From: a virus | Virus record (IMG/VR): IMGVR_UViG_3300020463_002275 | Location: 1 to 64,000 of that record | Strand: one strand, 5' to 3' | DNA length: 64,000 bases | In this document: positions 27,197 through 37,397 of the stretch, one piece after another | How positions within the stretch are numbered: the first letter of the stretch is position 1 | Layout of the letters: the number at the start of each line of letters is the position of its first letter | Translations under genes and position numbers: made by a program | The notes under the pieces: model-generated | Database searches by the model: none | What the model was told of the DNA's origin: nothing | What the model saw: the letters and a program-made list of their open reading frames with translations, nothing else

Positions 27197-27790
27197 ATGG
27201 CTGAAATAAAACACGTTGGTAGACTTACTACTAACAATAGAAAATTAGTCGTGGCATACAGAGTAGTCCCAGGTGAACCTGATAACTGTCTTGTAATTCA
27301 TACAGAGAGTTTAGAAGCGGCTGACCATGACACACTAATTAACATGGTAGAAAGTAATGCTGGACAAACTTCAGATGAACTTTCAACTGTAATGGCTAGA
27401 ACACAACTTACAGATGGTTCTAACATGTTAGCACGTTTTCACCAAACAGGTAAATTAGTAAAAGTTCCTACTAAACTTGTAGAACTTACACCTAATAGAA
27501 CAACTGCTATTAAATTAGATGAAATTAATCAAATGATTGCTGACCAAAAAGGTGTAACAATCGAAGAATTAGCAGTGCCAGATAATACACAACCGGCACC
27601 AGCACCTACTGCACCAGCAGTTGAGGATGCTACATCAACAGGCGAAGCACCGCTTGATGACGAAGCATTAGCCGCACAATACAGGTCACAAGCCGACTCT
27701 ATGTTTAAAGAAGCAAAGAGACTAAGGGAGCAAGCAGAAGAACTAGCACCTACTAAGAAAAAGGCAAAGATGACCGAAAGTGTCTCGTAA
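27197..27790 (+). CDS. Hypothetical protein
   Basis: AAGGAG SD before ATG 27197 (MAEIKHVGRL). Confidence 0.6.
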   Translation: MAEIKHVGRLTTNNRKLVVAYRVVPGEPDNCLVIHTESLEAADHDTLINMVESNAGQTSDELSTVMARTQLTDGSNMLARFHQTGKLVKVPTKLVELTPNRTTAIKLDEINQMIADQKGVTIEELAVPDNTQPAPAPTAPAVEDATSTGEAPLDDEALAAQYRSQADSMFKEAKRLREQAEELAPTKKKAKMTESVS

Positions 27791-28091
27791 AAACAACAAG
27801 TTATCTAAAGACGTCATTGCTCATTGGCCGGAAGTATTCAAGGACATAGAAGTACGTACTGTACCCCTTGAATACCTCCATTCTATTACTGTCAGATTTC
27901 GTGACGGTAAAGCATGGGTAATAGAACTAGACAAAAAAACACCCCCAAATCCTGACTTAGAGTATGGTTTAGAGTCCTTATTTCGCGAATATGATAAGGC
28001 TATTGACACCATAGATTTTAGGTTAAATACTCATAAAGTACGAAAAGACATAGAAGGACGTACGAAATCCTTTATGAAAAAACGTAAATAA
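27780..28091 (+). CDS. Hypothetical protein
   Basis: GTG start overlapping upstream gene. Confidence 0.55.
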   Translation: MSRKNNKLSKDVIAHWPEVFKDIEVRTVPLEYLHSITVRFRDGKAWVIELDKKTPPNPDLEYGLESLFREYDKAIDTIDFRLNTHKVRKDIEGRTKSFMKKRK

Positions 28092-28118
28092 ATAAAATAC
28101 AGTTAGTTTGTCAAAGGC

Positions 28119-28125
28119 ATAAATA
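28119..28125 (+). promoter_or_regulatory. T4-late-like promoter core ATAAATA
   Basis: Intergenic, upstream of a structural gene. Confidence 0.6.
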
Positions 28126-28164
28126 CTGTATAAGTTAGATTATGGAATATTCAGGAGCCATTAA

Positions 28165-30027
28165 ATGAGTTTAAGAATTAGAAGAGGAACCAATGCTGAA
28201 AGATCCGGAGTAACTTTCTTTGAAGGTGAATTAGTTTATACAACTGATACAAAGAAGTTATTTGTAGGTGACGGAGCAACAGTAGGTGGTATTGCTGTAG
28301 ACAGTACAGCAGGTAGTATTAACAGCCTTACAGATGTCAACATCGTAGGCATACAAACAGGTCAAATCCTACAATGGGACGGCGCACAATTTATTGCAGG
28401 TGATGACGTAGGTGACAAAGAAAGCGTCACTGGCGCAGATAGCACTATTTTAGTAGATGCAACTAACAGTTCAATTAACTTAAATGGCACAGTTAAAGGA
28501 CATATTATTCCAGATCAAAACGAAGTGTATGACTTAGGCTCCACTACAAAACGCTTCAACGATTTATTCCTTTCAGGTACTACTATTGATTTAGGTGGTA
28601 CAACTATTACATCATCAGGTGGTAAACTTTCATTCAGTCAACCTATTGTAGCAACAATGGAAACAAGCGGTGACATTGATGTAAAAGATAATAATATTAT
28701 TAACTCAGGTGCAACTGGTGATGTTATTATACGTCCTAGTAACACAGGCGAATTTGCTGTAGATAATTCAGTAGGTGCAAGATTATTTGAAGTTGATCTA
28801 GCAGGTAATTCATTTGGTTCTGTAGGTTCAACAGTATTACAACTTCCTGTATATTTAAGTGCAGACTATACTGCACATGCAAGTAAAGTCGAAACAGGTC
28901 AACTAGTATTTGATAACACAACAAAATCATTAAAACTTTACGATGGTAATGCTTGGGTAGCAGTACAAGGTTCAGGCGGCGGCGGAAGCGGCATTATGGA
29001 AGGTCAAACATATGATATCAATATCGTTGGTGATGTTATTGCTGGAGATAGTTCAATTATATTAGATGCTTCTGCATCTAGATATTTTGGAAGTGTAAAT
29101 GCAACAGATGGTGGTCCAGTAATTACTACTGGTGCTACAAATGTTTTATCTTCATTAGATTTTGGTACTGGTACAATACTTGCTTTAAAAGTTACTACGT
29201 TAAAAAACAATACTAGTGATGAAAATATTATTAACATGGGTAGTGACAAAGCAACGTCTAATATTTCTATTGGTACTGTCAATGCTGATGAAATTAATAG
29301 TGGAGCAATTTATGGTAACTTTGTAGGTTCACTATACAGTGATGCAAGTTCACAAATAATTGATGGAATAACTGGTGCAATAAACGCGGCTGGTGGTATA
29401 ACTACAGATGATTTAAACCTTCCAGGATCAACATTAAAAGTAGGAGTTGCTACAACTGGTCCAAGTATACAATTACAAGCAACTGGCACAAATGATATGT
29501 CAGCACAAACAAGTGATAGAGGTAAGATTGTTTTCCAAAGAAATGACACAAACGGCGAAGTAACAGAAGCAGTTATTGCTGGTGGACGTTCTTCAGTGAA
29601 CATGGTTATTAACGATGGTACAAATAACTTTCCTGAAACACATACATTTATTTTTAACAACAGTGCTAACTTTGGACTTGGTAAATATGTTCCGTCAACT
29701 AAACTACATGTTGCAGGAAGCATAACAGCAGATGGTGGATACATCGGTGGTGTACAAACTATCAGTGGTCCAGGTGCAATTAATTTAACAACACTACACA
29801 CAGAAATTACAACAACTGGTGCTGATGCATATACACTTGCAGATGGTACAGCAGGTCAACTTAAAATTATTAGTATGAAGGTCGATGGCGGTGATGGAAC
29901 ACTTACTCCAACTACACTTGCAAATGGTACAACTATCACATTCAACGATGTTAACGATAGTGTTACTATGATTTATAGTGGTTTAGGTTGGTTACCAATT
30001 GCTGTACAAGGCGCTGTTGTAGCGTAA
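28165..30027 (+). CDS. Tail fibre/spike-like virion protein with Mtd-N-like N-terminus
   Basis: LRIRRGT..R......EGELVYTTDTKKLFVGDG; Gly/Thr/Ser-rich beta repeats (HIIPDQNEVYDLGS). Confidence 0.75.
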   Translation: MSLRIRRGTNAERSGVTFFEGELVYTTDTKKLFVGDGATVGGIAVDSTAGSINSLTDVNIVGIQTGQILQWDGAQFIAGDDVGDKESVTGADSTILVDATNSSINLNGTVKGHIIPDQNEVYDLGSTTKRFNDLFLSGTTIDLGGTTITSSGGKLSFSQPIVATMETSGDIDVKDNNIINSGATGDVIIRPSNTGEFAVDNSVGARLFEVDLAGNSFGSVGSTVLQLPVYLSADYTAHASKVETGQLVFDNTTKSLKLYDGNAWVAVQGSGGGGSGIMEGQTYDINIVGDVIAGDSSIILDASASRYFGSVNATDGGPVITTGATNVLSSLDFGTGTILALKVTTLKNNTSDENIINMGSDKATSNISIGTVNADEINSGAIYGNFVGSLYSDASSQIIDGITGAINAAGGITTDDLNLPGSTLKVGVATTGPSIQLQATGTNDMSAQTSDRGKIVFQRNDTNGEVTEAVIAGGRSSVNMVINDGTNNFPETHTFIFNNSANFGLGKYVPSTKLHVAGSITADGGYIGGVQTISGPGAINLTTLHTEITTTGADAYTLADGTAGQLKIISMKVDGGDGTLTPTTLANGTTITFNDVNDSVTMIYSGLGWLPIAVQGAVVA

Positions 30028-30071
30028 ACCAACTATAAACACACATTACTAAGATAAGGATAAGTATTAGT

Positions 30072-30647
30072 ATGGAAGTTCTATACCTAATATTATTCGC
30101 TTATGTTGCATACATGCTGATTGTCACAATTGGTATTACATACGGATATCATCGTTATTTTTCTCATAAAGAATTTAAAGCCACTACTTGGCAAGAAGTA
30201 ATAATGTTGTATTGTGGTTTGTTATGTGGTGGTAGATCTCCGCTTACATGGGTAGGTGTTCATCGTATGCATCATGCTCATAGCGATACAGAATTAGATC
30301 CACACAGCAAAAAATTTCAACCTTGGTATGTAATACTTTTTAGTTTATGGCATGTCGACAGTATTCCACGAAAATTTATAAAAGATATGCTGAAAAATCC
30401 AAGAGTTGTATTTTTTCACAAACATACAAATAAACTGTATATTGCAAATGCAATTTTACTTACACTCATCTTTGGTCCTAAAGCACTTCTTGTTTTAGGC
30501 ATAATTTATTTACTTGCTTACTTTGGTTTTGGTGCATTGAATTTATGGGGTCACGATGCAGAAGGTCCTATTAATAATATATGGATAAACTTGATTGCTC
30601 CTTGGGAAGGGAATCATAAAGACCATCATGAAGTAAGTATGAGATGA
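30072..30647 (+). CDS. Membrane fatty-acid (acyl-lipid/CoA delta-9-type) desaturase
   Basis: Three His boxes HRYFSH, HRMHH, NHKDHH plus TM helices. Confidence 0.85.
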   Translation: MEVLYLILFAYVAYMLIVTIGITYGYHRYFSHKEFKATTWQEVIMLYCGLLCGGRSPLTWVGVHRMHHAHSDTELDPHSKKFQPWYVILFSLWHVDSIPRKFIKDMLKNPRVVFFHKHTNKLYIANAILLTLIFGPKALLVLGIIYLLAYFGFGALNLWGHDAEGPINNIWINLIAPWEGNHKDHHEVSMR

Positions 30648-31168
30648 TTTATTACAAATATTTAGATATAAATTATAAAAGTTTAGCAGAAGAAATAAAA
30701 AAATATCTTCTTGACAATCCTCATCTAATAGAACGTGGCGACGGTAACTGGCGGGTTGCTACATCTTGGCTTTTAGAAAATTTTCCGCATATAAAAGATT
30801 TGTTTGAATGGGAGATAGAATTTGCAGGCATTTTTGTATCACATACAAGTGAAGGTAGTGTGCATATTGATAACGATGAAAAACCTGTAAGAATTAATTT
30901 TCCTATAATGAATTGCCACGATACTGTAACAAAGTATTTTAGACGTACAGGAGATACTATAAAAGGAAAACAAACTAATGGCGTATCGTATCACGGAGTT
31001 GATACAGATAACTTAGAAGAAGTTGATCACTTTGTATTAGACAGACCGGTTGCTATGCGTGTTTTAGAACCTCACCAAGTTTGTGTTGATCACGAGAACT
31101 ATCCAAGAGTAAGTTGTACTATACAATTTAAACAAGATATAGAATATTTGTTAAAGGAAAAGATATGA
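30644..31168 (+). CDS. 2OG-Fe(II) oxygenase-like protein
   Basis: VHIDND (HxD), EPHQV, RVSCTI. Confidence 0.6.
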   Translation: MIYYKYLDINYKSLAEEIKKYLLDNPHLIERGDGNWRVATSWLLENFPHIKDLFEWEIEFAGIFVSHTSEGSVHIDNDEKPVRINFPIMNCHDTVTKYFRRTGDTIKGKQTNGVSYHGVDTDNLEEVDHFVLDRPVAMRVLEPHQVCVDHENYPRVSCTIQFKQDIEYLLKEKI

Positions 31169-32142
31169 ATAATAATGTAACATTTACTACTAGCACCGAT
31201 AGAGATGAAATTGTAAAATTGTTAAAAGATGTTGGTATCATTGTAATGCGAGATCACGGAATGAGTCTATCACAATACAATGACTTTTTATTAGATGTTG
31301 GTTATCATCAACATCCTAAAGTTTGGTGTGCCCATAAAGAATTTCCTATTTTTTGGCGTGTAAACAATCAACCAGTAGACGACAAAGGTCATGAAGGATT
31401 GTTTGGTAAGCACGATATTGATTGGCATTCAAACATTTTATACACACAAGACAGTCATGAAGTTGTATGCATATATGGTCATAAAATTCCAACAGGTAGT
31501 GGTGATTGTAGTCCAACTACGTATTCAAATACAGTACCTTATTTTAAAACACTACCTAAAAATGTACAAGACCGTTATAAAAAATTATACACTAAATGGA
31601 CTTATGATGAAAACAAGACAATGGAAAATAGAGACATTAATTTGCACAGAGCAGGATTAGACGGAGAAGCACTAGCAGGCGAAGCAGAAGATACTTCAGA
31701 TGAAAATTTAAATCATCAAATAAATGAAAATGCAAAAACACAATCTATATTTAATGCTGTAAATTTTGATCCTTCAAACAAACATTTATTCAAAAAGGGA
31801 AGACATCAATACGAAGGATATAACAGATTAGTACCAAATCATCCAGTAGGTGCTGAAGGTTTATTTTTTAACTATCTAAATATCGAAGACATTGTTGATG
31901 AAAACTATGAACCTGTACCAGACGCACGAGAAATTTTTGAAACACTTAAACAAGATTTACTCATTGACGATACATATCATTATGTACACGAATGGCAAGA
32001 AACTGACATTGTTATAGCAGACCAATTGACTGGTGTTCACCGTAGAGACCATGGTGTTCCAGATAGCGTAGAAAGGGAATTGTTAAGAGCAACGTTTTGG
32101 TATAAAACACAAGACAGAATTCACTATGACTATTCATTATAA
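31165..32142 (+). CDS. TauD/TfdA-family dioxygenase
   Basis: DWHSN, TTYSNT, HEWQETDIVIADQLTGVHRR. Confidence 0.75.
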   Translation: MNNNVTFTTSTDRDEIVKLLKDVGIIVMRDHGMSLSQYNDFLLDVGYHQHPKVWCAHKEFPIFWRVNNQPVDDKGHEGLFGKHDIDWHSNILYTQDSHEVVCIYGHKIPTGSGDCSPTTYSNTVPYFKTLPKNVQDRYKKLYTKWTYDENKTMENRDINLHRAGLDGEALAGEAEDTSDENLNHQINENAKTQSIFNAVNFDPSNKHLFKKGRHQYEGYNRLVPNHPVGAEGLFFNYLNIEDIVDENYEPVPDAREIFETLKQDLLIDDTYHYVHEWQETDIVIADQLTGVHRRDHGVPDSVERELLRATFWYKTQDRIHYDYSL

Positions 32143-32917
32143 TAATATATTACATAACCAAAGCCTTGCAGTAAGAACAAATGTTTTACAGGAAGTTAAA
32201 AAAGTTATAGAAAAAGTTGAACCAGACTTTGATAGTGTAGAAAAATATAAAACAAATATTATTGAATGGTTAAAACCTATAGTAGATTTGAAAGATTTTT
32301 ATGTTTATCCGATGAATGGAATAACTGAAGGTTTGAATTGGTGGTATTATCAAGATAATCGTAGTGTCTATATGGACGAAGGAGACTATCAATGGATACA
32401 CTCTCGAGGAAACATGTATGATAACTGTATTAAATATGTAAGTGTACCAAGTGCAATAAATGGAAATTTTACAAACATTCCTGAAAACACACCTACAGCA
32501 GTTGACTTAGCATACGTTGGTAGTACTAAAGTAAAAAAAATAAACTTGCCAAAAAATGTTGAATATGTATTTTACAGTTTTTCTAAACCATTTGGTATTA
32601 GAAATATTAGAACTGGTTGGATATTTACAAAACAAAAAGATTCTAAATTAGATGCATTAATACATAGTGCAAAGTATTATAACTATTTTGCAAATAGTGT
32701 TAGCGAAGCAATAATCAAAAATTTTGATGTTGACTTTATATACAATTCGTTGTATAATAAACAAAAGACTATTTGTGAAGAATTAGATATTGTTCCTAGT
32801 GATAGTGTTTGGCTTGCTACAAGCACTAGAGAAGAGTATCAAAAATTTAGACGTAGCGGAGATATAGCAAGACTCTGCCTAGCAGGAATATATAATGAAC
32901 AAGAAACACTTACCTAG
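32126..32917 (+). CDS. PLP-dependent fold-type-I enzyme (compact)
   Basis: NGITEGL, VDLAY (pyridine-binding Asp), SFSKPFG..R.GW (Schiff-base Lys). Confidence 0.65.
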   Translation: MTIHYNNILHNQSLAVRTNVLQEVKKVIEKVEPDFDSVEKYKTNIIEWLKPIVDLKDFYVYPMNGITEGLNWWYYQDNRSVYMDEGDYQWIHSRGNMYDNCIKYVSVPSAINGNFTNIPENTPTAVDLAYVGSTKVKKINLPKNVEYVFYSFSKPFGIRNIRTGWIFTKQKDSKLDALIHSAKYYNYFANSVSEAIIKNFDVDFIYNSLYNKQKTICEELDIVPSDSVWLATSTREEYQKFRRSGDIARLCLAGIYNEQETLT

Positions 32918-33506
32918 TATACATAACTACAATTTAGATATTGACTTAAAACAATTACAAGATGCTTGTAATAAACTGGCAGAAAAGTTTGTTGATGTAA
33001 AAACAGCAAACCCAATGTTGTGTGATAATCATATGGAGTTAGTTGCTCATGTTTATGATAACTTTGAACAAATTAATTTAACTACACCTAGCGAAATATT
33101 ACCTTATACTACAAGTATTAAAGAAAGACTAAGACGAAAAGAAGAACATTTATATAACGTGCCTACAGAAGATTATACAGGCAGTTATTTTGAAAAAATA
33201 ATTACACAATTAAAAGCACCAGCAAGTAGAATTAGAATTACTAAACTTGCTCCAGGAAAAAATATTCCGTTTCATGTTGACTATGATGTGAGTTATGCTG
33301 TCAGATGTATTGTACCTATTTACGGAGACAAGCAAGTAATAAATTTATTTAAACGTGAAGGCAAACTAGAAGCATATAGTCTAGAGAACGGTAATGCTTA
33401 TTTCCTTAATATTGGATATCCACATGCCGTTGTTAACATGAGTAGCAAACCTCGTATTGCTCTTATGTTTAGTCTTAATGGTACAGAGGATATTCAACAT
33501 TTATGA
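32895..33506 (+). CDS. AspH-like 2OG-Fe(II) hydroxylase
   Basis: RITKLAPG..IPFHVD, YPHAVVN, RIALMFS. Confidence 0.75.
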   Translation: MNKKHLPSIHNYNLDIDLKQLQDACNKLAEKFVDVKTANPMLCDNHMELVAHVYDNFEQINLTTPSEILPYTTSIKERLRRKEEHLYNVPTEDYTGSYFEKIITQLKAPASRIRITKLAPGKNIPFHVDYDVSYAVRCIVPIYGDKQVINLFKREGKLEAYSLENGNAYFLNIGYPHAVVNMSSKPRIALMFSLNGTEDIQHL

Positions 33507-33964
33507 TTACATGGTACTTAGAACCAATACAATCTCATATAGATAAAATTAAAGAATTGTTTGCTAAAAACGTAGATCATAAATTAGCAAGTAATTATTT
33601 AGAAATGCCTCTTTTTGAACATACAAAATTTGCTAGAATGGGATACGATAATGATAAAATGATTTATTATAGTGCAGGTATGGAACGTCCTCAGTATAAT
33701 GGATCTGTTAGAATAATGAGTAGGCACACAAGAGATAGAGAATACGATTTTGGATCTAAGAGCGATGATTTAGCAAGAGGTTTAGAAACATTAGAACAAA
33801 GTGTAGCATATGCCCAGTCATTAGGTTACAAAGACATATGGCTTAGTAGAGAATTTAATCCAAAACTGTTTGAATACTTTGCAAAGCAAAGCAAATACGA
33901 TTGGACTGTAACACACGAATTAATGCATTATGGCGAATACCAATATATAATGAGACTACAATGA
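33503..33964 (+). CDS. GNAT-like acyltransferase (tentative)
   Basis: beta4-helix pattern VRIMSRH...GLETLEQSVAYAQSLGYKDIWLSR. Confidence 0.45.
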   Translation: MITWYLEPIQSHIDKIKELFAKNVDHKLASNYLEMPLFEHTKFARMGYDNDKMIYYSAGMERPQYNGSVRIMSRHTRDREYDFGSKSDDLARGLETLEQSVAYAQSLGYKDIWLSREFNPKLFEYFAKQSKYDWTVTHELMHYGEYQYIMRLQ

Positions 33965-34692
33965 CTGTAACAACTTGTAAAACTTCATTTTTTTCTATTG
34001 ATGATATTGGTGTTATAGTTAAAACAAATAATCAAAGCATTAAAAAACAACCTTGCGTTTGGCTGATACACGGCAGTGGCGGAATCAGTAGTAATGAAGA
34101 TTTATGGATTGAACGTGCATTTGAATTAGGTCATACAGTTATTATTGTTGACAGTTATAGCAATAGAGGCATATACAAACAAAATTGGGAAAGTATGGAA
34201 GAATTTAGAATTGACCCAAAACAACGTGCTAAGGATCAAATAAAAGCATACGAATACCTTTTAAATAAACAAAACATTATACCTTTTGCAGATATAACTA
34301 ATAGTAAAGTAGTAGGGTTTTCAGACGGTGGTACAGCAGGAATATGGCTACAACAAAATGATTATCCTGACTATTGGAAGGAAAGTTATTGCTTATATCC
34401 AGGATTGAAGCCAACAGTATTACCCCGAGAAATATATCAAATACGTAGTAATAAGGTGCATATATTTGTAGGAGAATTAGATAATTGGACCCCGGCTTTT
34501 TATGATTTAGATTATCAAAAAGCAACTAATTGTAAACTTACTATATGGCCAGAAACACATCATAGTTTTAGTAAACCGGGTATAGGAACATGGCATGAAA
34601 ATACACTTAATTACAAAAGAGAACGTGGAGTTTACTGTAAATACAGTGCAGAAGCAACACAACAGACAATGGAAATAGTTTTTAATGGATAA
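33961..34692 (+). CDS. Dienelactone hydrolase-family alpha/beta hydrolase
   Basis: IHGSGG, GFSDGG nucleophile elbow, GELDNW, HHSF. Confidence 0.75.
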   Translation: MTVTTCKTSFFSIDDIGVIVKTNNQSIKKQPCVWLIHGSGGISSNEDLWIERAFELGHTVIIVDSYSNRGIYKQNWESMEEFRIDPKQRAKDQIKAYEYLLNKQNIIPFADITNSKVVGFSDGGTAGIWLQQNDYPDYWKESYCLYPGLKPTVLPREIYQIRSNKVHIFVGELDNWTPAFYDLDYQKATNCKLTIWPETHHSFSKPGIGTWHENTLNYKRERGVYCKYSAEATQQTMEIVFNG

Positions 34693-35221
34693 TAAAGTTT
34701 GTTTTACATTTGAGTTTGAATATGATATGAAAGCATTAGCAGACATAGTGTATAATATTGACAAATGGGATAGTTATATTCCACCAAAGTGGGATGAAAC
34801 AAAATACACTATTAATAATTTTACTGGTGTAACATATAGGTATTATGAAGATTTACAAAACAAAGAACCTATAAAAACAATAAGAGAAAAATTAAATTTT
34901 CCATATTTGGATTATAAGACAACTCAACTACTAAAGTTTCCTCCGCATAATGGACCTACTATTCATAGAGATACGGAACGACATACTGCTATACTTTTTC
35001 CGATATATACTAATGAAGTATACGAACCTATAAAATTTTATCATGATGATACATCAGAATGGTTTGAAGTAGACTATCATGATAAGGTAATTGTATTTGA
35101 TGCAAAAGTGTTACATGCAGTTGCAAATAAAGAGTATAATAGATTTAGTTTACAGTTTGATTTTAAAGAAACGTATAAAGAAGTATATGAAAAATATTGT
35201 AACGGAGAATTTTTTGCTTAA
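34685..35221 (+). CDS. 2OG-Fe(II) oxygenase-like protein
   Basis: TIHRD, VLHAV, RFSLQF. Confidence 0.6.
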   Translation: MDNKVCFTFEFEYDMKALADIVYNIDKWDSYIPPKWDETKYTINNFTGVTYRYYEDLQNKEPIKTIREKLNFPYLDYKTTQLLKFPPHNGPTIHRDTERHTAILFPIYTNEVYEPIKFYHDDTSEWFEVDYHDKVIVFDAKVLHAVANKEYNRFSLQFDFKETYKEVYEKYCNGEFFA

Positions 35222-37397
35222 CGTTTTCGGAGTACAATTGAATGCACACTATACTGTGACACTTCCTGTTAGTTTAGGAACATTGTGGTCGTATCTTTAT
35301 ACAGTAAAAGATGTATACAAACATTTGAATCATACAGGCTGGGCAACTTATCATAAGCCTGAAACTAGTGTAATGGAACTGTTTCCAGAAGTTGATAAAA
35401 ACGGTGCACCTGATGTAGTGCTTGTTAGTTTATACATGTGGAATAGAAACAGATCCATAAAACTTACAAAAGCAATTAAAGAAAAATATCCTGATGTAAA
35501 AATTATTGTCGGAGGAAATGAAGTTCCTCAAGATCCTGAAAGATTTAAACAGTTTGTTGCTGATAATCCTCAGTTTGATTACTATGTTAACAGTGAAGGC
35601 GAAATGGCATTAGAAATGATGTTGCGAAAAATACTTGCTGAAAAAGGTATTTACAAGTCAAAATATTATGAAGATTGTTATCACCAAACAAAAAATGGCA
35701 AAATTATTAGTAAGCAAACAACTAGACGTTACTTAAATCATAAAGCAGAATTAGATTATCCTAGTGCATGTGCATTAGGACTATATGATGACTTAGTTGC
35801 AAAATTGCCTAAAGATATACAAATACAAGGTGTATTAGAAACTAATAGAGGATGTCCTTACACTTGTACATTCTGTGATTGGGGATTAGAAGAAAAACTA
35901 AGACGTTTTAGCATGAAGCGTATCAAGGACGAAATTGATTGGTATGTAGGCAACGTACACGAAATAATGTTTTCTGATGCTAACTTTGGCATTTTGCATA
36001 GAGATCTAGATATTGCAAAATATTTAATCAAGGCAAAATTACAACATCCTAATCCTAAATTACATACAACAGCAATTACGTATGCAAAAAATAACAAAGA
36101 AAGAGTTTTACGTATTGCAGAGATATTAGAGAAATTTGACTTTAGTAGAAGTGGTGCAACTTTTAGTTTGCAAAGTTTACATACTCCTACACTTGAAGCA
36201 ATCAAAAGAGATAACTTGAGTATTACAAAAGATTTTGAATGGATTGCACAAAACTTTATTAAAAAAGGCTTACCTTACTATCATGAAATGATTATGGGAA
36301 TGCCGTTAGAAACAAAAGAAAGTTTTCTAAACGGTATGAGTAAGTTGTTAAAATATAATCCATTAGAAATAAATGTATACAAATTAGCATGGTTGGAAAA
36401 CAGTGAAATAAGTTTAGAAAAACATGAAGATATTTACAAGTTAGAATGGGACGAGTTTGAACAAGGACCTAGTCCGTTTGAAGATGAAAAAGAATATGCA
36501 TATATCATTGGAAGTACGAGTACGATTACACGAAAAGATATGAGATATATTAGAGACATACGTGATTTGATACAAGTGTTATGGTTAGGAAGAACAATAT
36601 TCTATGTAGGAAGATATCTACAAAACGAATATGACATTGAAGCATGTGATATGATTGAAAAAATTGTTGACTGGTTTCAAACAAAAGGCGATAAAGAATT
36701 TTTTGATACATTGTTAGCAAGTAAAGAAGATGCAGTGCGTGATAAAAAAAGAGATGTACCTCTTTGGTTTCCTTACCAAAAAGATAAATTAAAATTCCAT
36801 AGGTATTCTAATGCTTGGTTATTTTTACACGGCACAAAAGAAAGAAAAAATCATTTCTATGAACAAATTACACAGTTTTTCTTAGACACTTACAAGCAAG
36901 TAGACAAAGACTTATTATTAGATCTTATACACTTCAATAAAAATATACTTATTGATGGAGAACAAACTGAATTCAATACAAACTTTACAACAAAGTATAG
37001 TTGGATTGATTATTTTACGAAAGGCCAACTTATGAAATCTAAGACAACATATGATGCTAAAATAGAAGTTGCTGGAAATACAAAAGTTTCTAAAGATGCT
37101 GTTGATCGAAATGTTTTCTTATATTATATTTCAGGCGGACATGAATTCATGTTTAACAAACAAAATGCATTTTATTATCCAGATGGAACATACACAAACG
37201 AACAAGGCATACATCATTACATAAGTAGAATAGGAATGTTTTATCCTAAAGATACTTACTTTGAAAGTGCTGAAGATATTATTGATAGTATATTAAACGA
37301 AGAAGATATTGATATTAAAGAATATATTACTAGTGCAAGACTTAAAATATCAAAAAATATTAACGAAGAATTAAATCCTTTTAAAGTTTCTGCTTAA
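35187..37397 (+). CDS. Cobalamin (B12)-binding radical SAM enzyme (class B methyltransferase-like)
   Basis: N-terminal B12 domain (SLYMWN, IIVGGNEV, NSEGE), ETNRGCPYTCTFCDWG, DANFG, MIMGMPLET. Confidence 0.85.
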   Translation: MKNIVTENFLLNVFGVQLNAHYTVTLPVSLGTLWSYLYTVKDVYKHLNHTGWATYHKPETSVMELFPEVDKNGAPDVVLVSLYMWNRNRSIKLTKAIKEKYPDVKIIVGGNEVPQDPERFKQFVADNPQFDYYVNSEGEMALEMMLRKILAEKGIYKSKYYEDCYHQTKNGKIISKQTTRRYLNHKAELDYPSACALGLYDDLVAKLPKDIQIQGVLETNRGCPYTCTFCDWGLEEKLRRFSMKRIKDEIDWYVGNVHEIMFSDANFGILHRDLDIAKYLIKAKLQHPNPKLHTTAITYAKNNKERVLRIAEILEKFDFSRSGATFSLQSLHTPTLEAIKRDNLSITKDFEWIAQNFIKKGLPYYHEMIMGMPLETKESFLNGMSKLLKYNPLEINVYKLAWLENSEISLEKHEDIYKLEWDEFEQGPSPFEDEKEYAYIIGSTSTITRKDMRYIRDIRDLIQVLWLGRTIFYVGRYLQNEYDIEACDMIEKIVDWFQTKGDKEFFDTLLASKEDAVRDKKRDVPLWFPYQKDKLKFHRYSNAWLFLHGTKERKNHFYEQITQFFLDTYKQVDKDLLLDLIHFNKNILIDGEQTEFNTNFTTKYSWIDYFTKGQLMKSKTTYDAKIEVAGNTKVSKDAVDRNVFLYYISGGHEFMFNKQNAFYYPDGTYTNEQGIHHYISRIGMFYPKDTYFESAEDIIDSILNEEDIDIKEYITSARLKISKNINEELNPFKVSA

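Noticed and set aside
28086-28131. Minus-strand TTGACA at 28109-28114 and an ATACAG/CTGTAT inverted repeat around the late promoter
   Set aside because: No acceptable -10 at 16-18 bp; the 6 bp AT-rich stem is within chance expectation.
7650-37397. Fosfomycin/phosphonate-like pathway (cytidylyltransferase plus B12 radical SAM)
   Set aside because: No PEP mutase or phosphonopyruvate decarboxylase in the window, and the two genes are 27 kb apart.
37381-37397. Convergence point as a replication terminus or insertion boundary
   Set aside because: Only a 17 bp gene overlap; no terminator, repeat or visible compositional break to support it.
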